64,000 nucleotides of DNA from an uncultured virus (IMG/VR IMGVR_UViG_3300043803_001696) (Duplodnaviria > Heunggongvirae > Uroviricota > Caudoviricetes): the IMG/VR virus record IMGVR_UViG_3300043803_001696; one strand, given 5' to 3'. The notes below the pieces were generated by a model that was given only the letters and a program-made list of their open reading frames with translations, had not been told where the DNA came from and made no database searches. The first letter of the stretch is position 1. The number at the start of each line of letters is the position of its first letter. This document shows positions 56,794 to 64,000 of the stretch, piece by piece. The position numbers and the translations under genes were made by a program.

Positions 56794-56848
56794 ACTGACA
56801 CTTGTCTGAGCTTAAATCAGATGCCTCTTCCTATTGGGCTACAAGGGC
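56775..56848 (-). tRNA. trnL: tRNA-Leu(UAA), short variable loop, no encoded CCA
   Basis: Full cloverleaf: GCCCTTG/CAAGGGT-A, D GCC/GGC, anticodon TCTGA-ttTAAgc-TCAGA, T GTCAG-TTCAAAT-CTGAC. Confidence 0.9.
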
Positions 56849-56852
56849 GTGA

Positions 56853-57006
56853 GACAGAACTTATCCCGCATTAGGGAATTAACAGGTGCGGCCTGTAGTT
56901 CTGTCAACAAGAACCATGAATGCTTCAACTCATCCACGGCATCTCCGAAACCAGCATTGACGAGGATGCTGGTGCCGTTGGCCAACGGGCTCCTGCAGGA
57001 AGCCCC
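56853..57006 (-). ncRNA. candidate structured RNA upstream of the tRNA
   Basis: Multiple stems and two potential pseudoknots; extended -10 TGcTAAGAT at 57018-57010. Confidence 0.55.
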
Positions 57007-57012
57007 AAAATC

Positions 57013-57141
57013 TTAGCAGCGCCAGCTCCAAAACACAACCGCTCCTTCTGAGCACAATTGCTTATGTACGTGCCTTGCCTCTCGCAGGGGCACTACAACT
57101 TCCCTTTTCTGACCATGAAGGATAAACAACAGTCCAACCAT
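57013..57141 (-). CDS. hypothetical protein (42 aa)
   Basis: Read by hand: MVGLLFILHGQKREVVVPLREARHVHKQLCSEGAVVFWSWRC. Confidence 0.45.
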   Translation of the reverse strand: MVGLLFILHGQKREVVVPLREARHVHKQLCSEGAVVFWSWRC

Positions 57142-57143
57142 GG

Positions 57144-57374
57144 CTAGATGTCATAAAGCTTGCATCGCGGAGAATCAGGGAACAGCGAACATTCCTTGTC
57201 CCACCAATCCCCTCTGTCTTTCTCTCCATTGAGCCAATAATATTGCTGCATGTGGTGAGCGTAGGCCTTTTCAGCCAACTTGCGATCTTCCATGCTCACG
57301 CCAGGCTCTTGCATGGCATAAGCGGCTTCAATGGCAGCGTGAAACGCCTCTTCAGCAGCCCGAGAAAGAACCAT
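57144..57374 (-). CDS. hypothetical protein with CP12-like C-terminus
   Basis: Ends WWDKECSLFPDSPRCKLYDI, resembling the C-x8-C-x-x-Y-D tail of CP12. Confidence 0.5.
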   Translation of the reverse strand: MVLSRAAEEAFHAAIEAAYAMQEPGVSMEDRKLAEKAYAHHMQQYYWLNGEKDRGDWWDKECSLFPDSPRCKLYDI

Positions 57375-57398
57375 GGTGGAAACGCAAGTACGGCTAGT

Positions 57399-57587
57399 CT
57401 ATTCAACGCTTTCTTTCTTTGCAAGTTGCTCCACCTTTAACTGCTGCTGCAGCTTTTTCAAGCGTGGCAGGAGCGAGGGTTCGTAAAAATGATCTGCTGC
57501 TAGCAGTTGAAGAGCAGTTTGCCTATCAGCTTCTAACAATGCAACAAGATACGACACCTCCTTCAAGGAAAGATAAAAATGCTTCAT
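57399..57587 (-). CDS. hypothetical protein
   Basis: 62 aa downstream of the terminase. Confidence 0.5.
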   Translation of the reverse strand: MKHFYLSLKEVSYLVALLEADRQTALQLLAADHFYEPSLLPRLKKLQQQLKVEQLAKKESVE

Positions 57588-57635
57588 TTTTCAAAAAAGT
57601 CGATAATTCTAAATTCCTGAAAATTCTAGTGGTGA

Positions 57636-59012
57636 TCAGCGTACCAGACTGTTCAGCCAATCAATATCATTATCCTTAGAGGCTTCAAGAATGGCACCAG
57701 CCAAGGCAAAAGCGTAGTCATCTACTCCCACTTCTTTACCACCAGTTACTGCCCATTGCCCACTGCTTCTGTAGATAACACTGAGGTTTTTCAGTTGCTT
57801 GACGGCTTTCTCGTGAGGATACATTTCAATAAGGCCAGCATTAAAGAGCTCCTTCATCTTGCTAAATGCTTTCATCTTGGTGCTAACGGACCAAGCAAGT
57901 TCAGCAATGGGGAAGTCTTTAGACATGCTTTGAATGGTGCCAGAACTGTTGAACTGGTCAAGCACAATACTTTGAAAATCGTAAATGCGGTGGTGCTCCC
58001 TAATCCATTCTTCTACCTTGGCAATATTCACTTCTTTCTTTCCGCCAATATCAAAATCAGGCTCAAAGGCGTGAAATTTGTCCACCACTAGGCGCTCACC
58101 TTCGTAATGCACAATGCAAGCAGTGTAATCATCTCGACCCACGCCACCACGAGCAGGGTCAAGGGCCAATACATATGTTCCCATTAGTTCACGCTGCGGA
58201 AACAAAATGCCCCTTTCTTTATTCACGGAAATGTCAACAATCTCCGCTGCCAACAATGCAGAGTTGTTCTTGGCAAACTGAGCACCATATTCCACCCAGA
58301 ACTTATCAGGGTCGCGTTTTAGTTCAGCTTCAAGGAACGGACACCCCCATGGCAAATTTGGATTGACTGTCCAAGTGGCCAGGTTTTCCGCTTGCATGAA
58401 CGGGTAGTCACCAGACGTGGCTTCGCAATAGTGTTGATAGAACAAGCCATCAGTGAGCCATGGCGAAGACAGTTCCAGGATGCGACCGTGCTTGCCAAAC
58501 TGAGCGATGGAGGGAGACAGGGCTTGGTAGATGGCACCGGCGCCACGGTTGGCATCGCCTTCAATGGCAAAGCTCAGCTCGTCCATGATTAGCATCACCA
58601 CGGCTTTACCACGAGAAGCACGAGCTGATGCGGGAATGGCCTGGAACACGCAATTATTGCTCACTTCAATCTCAGTGGCCGTCTCCCTAGTGATCTCACC
58701 CACCAAGGGAGAGTCCATCAACAATTGACGGATGTTGTTCAGGGCAAGCTTGGCCTGGCTTTGATCGTTTGCAATGGTGAGGATGTAAAACTTTTCCGAC
58801 TTTCTTACGCGCCTCTTGTATTGATCTTCCAGAACAAAGCAGGCATAGAGCGCTGCAATGGAGGCCATGAGCGTCTTACCACAGCGTCGGCCTAGTGCCC
58901 ACACAGCGTGCGTCTTGTCTCCACCAAAATAAGAATCAAGAATGCGCTTCTGCTCAGGCCACAACTCTAATTGCAGAACTAGCTTGGCAAATTCACTGCA
59001 TTTAAGCTTCAT
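57636..59012 (-). CDS. terL: terminase large subunit
   Basis: GRRCGKT Walker A, LIMDE Walker B, SSP motif III, ALDPA and DDYAFA nuclease aspartates. Confidence 0.92.
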   Translation of the reverse strand: MKLKCSEFAKLVLQLELWPEQKRILDSYFGGDKTHAVWALGRRCGKTLMASIAALYACFVLEDQYKRRVRKSEKFYILTIANDQSQAKLALNNIRQLLMDSPLVGEITRETATEIEVSNNCVFQAIPASARASRGKAVVMLIMDELSFAIEGDANRGAGAIYQALSPSIAQFGKHGRILELSSPWLTDGLFYQHYCEATSGDYPFMQAENLATWTVNPNLPWGCPFLEAELKRDPDKFWVEYGAQFAKNNSALLAAEIVDISVNKERGILFPQRELMGTYVLALDPARGGVGRDDYTACIVHYEGERLVVDKFHAFEPDFDIGGKKEVNIAKVEEWIREHHRIYDFQSIVLDQFNSSGTIQSMSKDFPIAELAWSVSTKMKAFSKMKELFNAGLIEMYPHEKAVKQLKNLSVIYRSSGQWAVTGGKEVGVDDYAFALAGAILEASKDNDIDWLNSLVR

Positions 59013-59494
59013 GCAAGTTCATCCATGCTGCGCAACTTTTCTTTAGGGACAAAATATGCAGGGCGTCCACGGGCAGGATCAGCCCAATATTTCTCCTCCA
59101 TCGCCTCTTCTCCATAGCACCAGCCATGGATGAGGGTGGTCTTGTCTTCAATCGTAACCAAGACAAACTTCTTTTTCGGACTTTCGTTTTTTTGGACGAT
59201 CAAGTCATATTTATGCTTGCTTCTGGTTTTTACGTCAATGCCAGGCAGATCATCAGAGCCGCGCTTAGCTTCAGTTTCTTGATAAAGCAAAGGTTTCATG
59301 CCCAGATAAGAGGCCACTGCCATTTCCCCCGCCGCGCCCAGTAGATGAATATCCAGAGCCTTGCTTCCCTTCCAGGCTCCGCCATTACGCCCGCGCAAGC
59401 CTTTGCTTTCATTAAAGCCCTGGCGCCTCAGTCCTTCCTCCATGGCCAATTGACGTTCTTCATCAGTGAAGACAAATTCAATGGGAGTGGGCAT
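59009..59494 (-). CDS. PD-(D/E)XK-like nuclease-fold protein
   Basis: GAAGEMAVA...D...IDVKT...FVLV...GW; likely ATG 59494. Confidence 0.6.
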   Translation of the reverse strand: MPTPIEFVFTDEERQLAMEEGLRRQGFNESKGLRGRNGGAWKGSKALDIHLLGAAGEMAVASYLGMKPLLYQETEAKRGSDDLPGIDVKTRSKHKYDLIVQKNESPKKKFVLVTIEDKTTLIHGWCYGEEAMEEKYWADPARGRPAYFVPKEKLRSMDELA

Positions 59495-59560
59495 GATTAA
59501 ATGGACATCGTGGCTACTGTAGCCACCAGTTAGCATGGATGCAACACATAATGCGGGAAA

Positions 59561-61606
59561 ATGTCGGAAGAAATCGTCAATCTTGGCCACAACGGCAATG
59601 AGAGCCTGCGAGTGGACGGTCTGGTGAATGCCCTCACAGGCATGGGCACTGGTCGCGACAAAAGCCAATTCACTTCCGCCCAGCCCATCGTCTTTCTCAC
59701 ACAGGAAGAACTAGAAAACCTTTATTCCGAGTGGATTCCCAAGCGAATTGTGGACATTGTTGCCGAACAAGCCACTAGAAAGGGTTTCAAGGTGCTGTTT
59801 GGTGGAGAAGGTGCTGCCGCTGAAGAGGTGGCTGGCATTGAGCAAATTATCGAGGATTTATACATCCTTGAGAACCTCGGTCTTGCTTGTAAAAATGCAC
59901 GACTTTTTGGCGGCGCAGTTATTCTTCTGTACATCGACGACGGGCGCCCTGCAAACCAGCCCGTAGATCGACGGAACATCCGCAGTATTGAAGGTATGGA
60001 AGTGCTTGATCGCTGGCAGATTGCCCCAGTGATCAGCGAGGAAAGTCTCTACGACTATTCCAAGGCCACTTACTATCAAATCATTTCTGGCGACCTCATT
60101 CGCCAGCCACAACTCACTTACATCCACAAAGACAGGATCCTGAGGTTTGATGGGGAATGGCTTCCCTACAGGATCAGGCAGCGGAACTATGGGTGGGGGA
60201 TGAGCAGTCTGCAGAGTGTTTATGACAGCTTTCGCTTCTATTCCACTGGCATTAGTTCTGCAGCCACGCTTCTTACTGAATTTGACATCTTTGTGCATAA
60301 ACTTCGCGGCCTGTCCACGATGCTTGCTGCTGGCAAAGAAAAGGACGTGCGCGATCGCCTGATCTTGAACGACATGAGCAAGAGCGTGTATCGCGGCTAT
60401 GCAATTGACGCAGAGAAAGAAGAGCTGGAATTCATTAGCCGCAACTTTGGTGGCATTGGAGAAATCCTGGAGAAACTGCGCATTGATATTATTGGCGCCT
60501 CACAAATTCCTCACACCATTCTTTTTGGGGAAAGCCCTAGCGGATTGGGCTCCACTGGCCGGAGCGAAGAGCGTGACTTTGCAAAAATGTTGGGTGACTA
60601 TCAGGCATCTCGATTCAAGCGCCCAATCAAGCATCTCATGGAGATGATTCTTCTGAGCAAAGACGGTCCCACCAATGGACAAGTGCCTGATTCATGGCGC
60701 ATTCATTTCAACGACTTGTTTGAACTGAATGAAAGGGAGAAGGCCGACGTGAGGGCTCGCGTGGCGGCAGTAGACGGCCGTTACATCCAACTTGGCGTGC
60801 TCCACCCGAAAGAAGTGGCAGAGGCCCGTTATGGCGGTTCTGAATGGTCAATGGAACTCACTCTCGACCCATCGCTTCCCCGTGAACTGCCGCAGCCCGG
60901 CGGTGAGATGAAAGTGCCTCCTGGTGGGCGCGACCCAATGAACGAAGAGAATGGCACTCTGCCGATGGACGGAAGCCGTGAGGTGCAAGATGCAGCAGGA
61001 TTGTTCTTGCCTCGCGACCTTGAAAAGGTCAGGGGCGACGTGCAGTTCAAAGACAAGGATCTTCACCAGCAAGCCATTGCTGCTACAAAGTCAAAGTTCA
61101 AAGTATGGCCGAGCGCTTATGCCAGCGCATACATGGTTCAGAAATACAAAGAACTTTATTCCAAGAAGCACGGTGGTGGCAGTGGCTTCAAGGGGGACGA
61201 TGGTGACGTGAATTACGACGATCTTGACAAGTGGTTCAAGGAAGAATGGGTGAGGATTGGAGCCAATGGAGAAATCCTTGGCGAATGCGGCGGTCGCGAA
61301 GAGAAGGAAGGTAAGCCCAAGTGCCTACCCAAGGCAAAGGCCCAAGCCATGAACAAGGAAGAGCGACAGACGATTGTAGCCCGCAAGCGTAAAGCTGACC
61401 CTGATCCTGATCGTCGGGGACCAGCAAAGCTTGTTAGCAGCAAAGTGGATGCTATTGAGCCCATGAAAGTGGAAGGGCTAATGCTTGCTGACATTGACGA
61501 GGCTGCGTTTATTTCGGACGAAGACATCGAGGATGCTATGAAGCAATGGAAGGAAGAAGCTCCAGCACAGTTCAAAGAGCTGCTAGAGGCTGACAATGCT
61601 GAATGA
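59561..61606 (+). CDS. portal protein (DUF1073-type) with C-terminal extra domain
   Basis: DGLVNALTGMGTGRDK, ARLFGGA, IHKDRILRFDG, GWGMS, IPHTILFGESPSGL. Confidence 0.88.
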   Translation: MSEEIVNLGHNGNESLRVDGLVNALTGMGTGRDKSQFTSAQPIVFLTQEELENLYSEWIPKRIVDIVAEQATRKGFKVLFGGEGAAAEEVAGIEQIIEDLYILENLGLACKNARLFGGAVILLYIDDGRPANQPVDRRNIRSIEGMEVLDRWQIAPVISEESLYDYSKATYYQIISGDLIRQPQLTYIHKDRILRFDGEWLPYRIRQRNYGWGMSSLQSVYDSFRFYSTGISSAATLLTEFDIFVHKLRGLSTMLAAGKEKDVRDRLILNDMSKSVYRGYAIDAEKEELEFISRNFGGIGEILEKLRIDIIGASQIPHTILFGESPSGLGSTGRSEERDFAKMLGDYQASRFKRPIKHLMEMILLSKDGPTNGQVPDSWRIHFNDLFELNEREKADVRARVAAVDGRYIQLGVLHPKEVAEARYGGSEWSMELTLDPSLPRELPQPGGEMKVPPGGRDPMNEENGTLPMDGSREVQDAAGLFLPRDLEKVRGDVQFKDKDLHQQAIAATKSKFKVWPSAYASAYMVQKYKELYSKKHGGGSGFKGDDGDVNYDDLDKWFKEEWVRIGANGEILGECGGREEKEGKPKCLPKAKAQAMNKEERQTIVARKRKADPDPDRRGPAKLVSSKVDAIEPMKVEGLMLADIDEAAFISDEDIEDAMKQWKEEAPAQFKELLEADNAE

Positions 61607-62273
61607 CTTATCTTCGTTCAGCAGCGTCGTTATGTCTATCAGGATGGACGCTGAATGGTCTTATGACCGCCGCAGTGGACGTTATCGTGACGAGAAAGGC
61701 CGATTCCTAAGTAAAACATCAGTGGGTAAGCTTGTTGATGGTCGCATTGACAAGCTGGAGGCGCAACTAAAGCGTTTCACGCGGATGTTAGGAGACGGTT
61801 CAATTACGCTTGATCAATGGCAGGGAAGCGTTCGTGAAGCAATTAAAGCAGCGCACATTCAAGCAGCGACCATTGGCTACGGCGGAAGGGCCGAAATGGG
61901 CAGCGCGGAATATGGTCGCATCGGCCAACGCCTCCGTGCGGAATACACTTATCTACAAGGTTTTGTACGTGACCTTTTGGATGGCCGTATTTCTGCCCCT
62001 ATGGCTGTTGCTCGTATTGGCCTCTATGCTCAGAGCGTGCGGGGCTCTTATTGGCAAGGCACAGAAATGCGCGAGCAACAACGTGGGTTTTCGTTGATGC
62101 GCCGCATCTTGGATGCTCAAGCAGTGCATTGCCAAGACTGCCTTGGCTATGCAGCGCGTGGCATCGTGCCTATTGGCAGCGTTCCCATGCCTGGTGTGCG
62201 TTGTGCATGTGGAGCACGCTGCAAATGCACGGTTAAATACTTTAGGCAGCAACCACAAGCTGTGCCAGTATAG
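61596..62273 (+). CDS. head morphogenesis (MuF/gp7-like) protein
   Basis: Follows the portal; HCQDC...PMPG..CACGARCKC C-terminus. Confidence 0.7.
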   Translation: MLNDLSSFSSVVMSIRMDAEWSYDRRSGRYRDEKGRFLSKTSVGKLVDGRIDKLEAQLKRFTRMLGDGSITLDQWQGSVREAIKAAHIQAATIGYGGRAEMGSAEYGRIGQRLRAEYTYLQGFVRDLLDGRISAPMAVARIGLYAQSVRGSYWQGTEMREQQRGFSLMRRILDAQAVHCQDCLGYAARGIVPIGSVPMPGVRCACGARCKCTVKYFRQQPQAVPV

Positions 62274-62293
62274 TAAGGCAAAGCTTGAAGCCC

Positions 62294-63046
62294 ATGAAAG
62301 TCCTTTTAGGAGACACTGGTTTAATTGGCAGAGTTTTGCAGCAATCTACTAACTTTGATGCCACCTTTAATTCCAGCAACATTCACGAGCTGCCGAATAT
62401 TGCCAATATGCCGGGGCAAGTAGACGAGCTGTATCTTGCATGTCTGCCCGCGACGAAGTGGCTAGTTAATCAAGACCCAGCAAAAGATTTAAACAATATT
62501 CTTTCCATTGTCGATGTATTGACGACAGTTTGGGCGACAAAAGTAATTCTTATTTCTACCATTGATATTTATCAACATACTGACTGCGGAGCAAGTGAAG
62601 ACTTTTGGACACATTTTGGCCCATTGGGTTACGGCTCCAACAGGCTTCTATTTGAAACACTTATCCAAAACACGCTTGCTTTTAACACTTGCATTGTGCG
62701 GCTCCCCGCTGTCTTTCATCCGCTCATTAAAAAGAACATTTTATTTGACTTGCTTAATGATAATAATGTGGAGCAAATCAACGGCAACTCGGCCTATCAG
62801 TGGTATCCACTTAATCGTCTATGGCAAGACATTCAATCGGTAAAAGGCGAAGGTGTAATCAATCTGTTTCCGCCTCCCATTGAAACTTTGGACATTATTG
62901 ACAAGTTTTTTCCGAATGCGCAAATCGCTTCTGGGGATCGAATTTCTTACGATTACAGCACCATGGCCACGCAAAGTGGTTATTGGCTTTCCAAGGATGA
63001 AGTGATGCAAGAGATGGAGGCATTTATCAATGAAGCTCGGAGTTAG
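62294..63046 (+). CDS. NAD-dependent epimerase/dehydratase (SDR)
   Basis: GDTGLIG Rossmann motif, ISTIDIY, YGSNR, IVRLP. Confidence 0.85.
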   Translation: MKVLLGDTGLIGRVLQQSTNFDATFNSSNIHELPNIANMPGQVDELYLACLPATKWLVNQDPAKDLNNILSIVDVLTTVWATKVILISTIDIYQHTDCGASEDFWTHFGPLGYGSNRLLFETLIQNTLAFNTCIVRLPAVFHPLIKKNILFDLLNDNNVEQINGNSAYQWYPLNRLWQDIQSVKGEGVINLFPPPIETLDIIDKFFPNAQIASGDRISYDYSTMATQSGYWLSKDEVMQEMEAFINEARS

Positions 63047-63749
63047 CGCGATTGGCTGGGAAGCCGAGGACCATTCTGAAATCGTGCTGCATCTTCCCGA
63101 TGGCATTGAACTATTAGAAGCAGTGCCTTTTAAAAGGCACAGTCGTTTTTCTGGCTGTCTACAAAAATATTCTGCTCAATCGTTGTTCTACGGCATGGAC
63201 ATTGATGCGTTTTGGAATGAACAGGCTTTTGATCTGTGCTTGGCAAAGTTAATAGCAATGGCGCAAAAATATGAATGGAAAAGAATGGTACTTGGCAGTC
63301 CAGGGTTGCGCAAAGATGACAGGCGTTATTTAATGGACGCGCTTGCAAGAAACAACGATGCGCTTGCCGCCATTGATTGTATTGTTTGCATTGAGCCCGT
63401 GGCTAAGCCATATGGTGGTGAATACTTTTTCACGGTTGAAGAAATTGTTCAAAGCCTTGCCGAGTATTCTTTATCGCACGTAGCAACAATGATCGACACA
63501 AACAGTGCATGGCTAGAGAGTCAATGGCCAGAAGACGTGCTTCTTCAATACTTTCCATACATTAAGCATGTCCACATTAGTGACCAAAACATTGGCGCCA
63601 TTATTTGCCAGGACAAGCACGAACGTTTTGCAGAGGCGTTGCGCAATACCGAGTATGAAGGCGGAGTGATTCGCGAGCTATTAAAGGCAAAAAACTATCC
63701 AGGTGAGTACGATTATTTCGCTCAAATTTACAAGCCATCCAGCATTTGA
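63030..63749 (+). CDS. sugar phosphate isomerase/epimerase (xylose isomerase-like TIM barrel)
   Basis: VLGSPGLR, CIEPV..YGG, MIDT, HVHIS. Confidence 0.82.
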   Translation: MKLGVSAIGWEAEDHSEIVLHLPDGIELLEAVPFKRHSRFSGCLQKYSAQSLFYGMDIDAFWNEQAFDLCLAKLIAMAQKYEWKRMVLGSPGLRKDDRRYLMDALARNNDALAAIDCIVCIEPVAKPYGGEYFFTVEEIVQSLAEYSLSHVATMIDTNSAWLESQWPEDVLLQYFPYIKHVHISDQNIGAIICQDKHERFAEALRNTEYEGGVIRELLKAKNYPGEYDYFAQIYKPSSI

Positions 63750-64000
63750 CGCACTCGCTCTTCAATTAAGTAGATGCCTTGAATTTTGCCTGTGTAGCAA
63801 GACAGAAGATTGTCTTGCTGTTTGAATAATGGCGCTCGATAGGCACTGGCATTACTTCGCTTGCTTTTCATTGAAAGCACAATGCTGTGCTGAGAGAGAT
63901 GGTTTGAAAAATCAGGCCAGTAATGACAAACGTGATTTTCTGCTTTACGTCTAAGCTGTTCCAACTGTTCCCTTGATGGTTCTTCGTTGACAGGAGCGAC
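63728..64000 (-). CDS. C-terminal part of a probable FAD-dependent oxidoreductase (truncated by window)
   Basis: Frame open to the window end; ends SCYTGKIQGIYLIE; context next to epimerase and isomerase. Confidence 0.55.
   Translation of the reverse strand, partial: VAPVNEEPSREQLEQLRRKAENHVCHYWPDFSNHLSQHSIVLSMKSKRSNASAYRAPLFKQQDNLLSCYTGKIQGIYLIEERVRQMLDGL

Noticed and set aside
1..64000. Lysogeny module, photosystem genes or DNA polymerase
   Set aside because: No integrase, repressor pair, psbA/hli or polymerase motifs recognised in this window; they may lie outside it

Overview
A 64-kb segment of a long-tailed dsDNA phage (siphovirus-type), most likely infecting picocyanobacteria. The host call is inferred from the compact cyanophage-type class I ribonucleotide reductase, an NblA-like ORF and cyanobacterial-type LexA boxes. 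Layout: 1-29 kb lambda-like tail module (tube, G/GT chaperones with a -1 frameshift, tape measure, M-L-K-I-J), a large set of fibre/adsorption proteins, a collagen-like protein and a glycosyltransferase-methyltransferase. 29-30.5 kb: inverted lysis-like cassette. 30.5-39 kb: nucleotide metabolism, recombination and primase-helicase. 39-49.5 kb: many small early-type genes, several behind a repeated promoter+GCGA-hairpin leader. 49.5-52.5 kb: a mostly non-coding, signal-dense region. 53-57 kb: nrdA/nrdB, an HNH endonuclease, tRNA-Leu and a structured RNA candidate. 57.6-64 kb: inverted terminase, portal, head morphogenesis gene and sugar-modifying enzymes. Most notable: (1) two clusters of the same four host-regulator-like boxes (Fur-, LexA-, LysR- and HLR1/RpaB-like) bracketing a 2-kb island near the probable genome terminus; (2) a four-copy covarying hairpin element (8-bp outer stem, CC-CCCA(A)-GG inner hairpin) on both strands; (3) a pseudoknotted RNA candidate upstream of a short-arm tRNA-Leu; (4) an HNH gene that duplicates and captures the 3' end of nrdB; (5) fibre modules joined by identical 21-bp DNA repeats. 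All family assignments come from motifs read by eye; no database searches were run.
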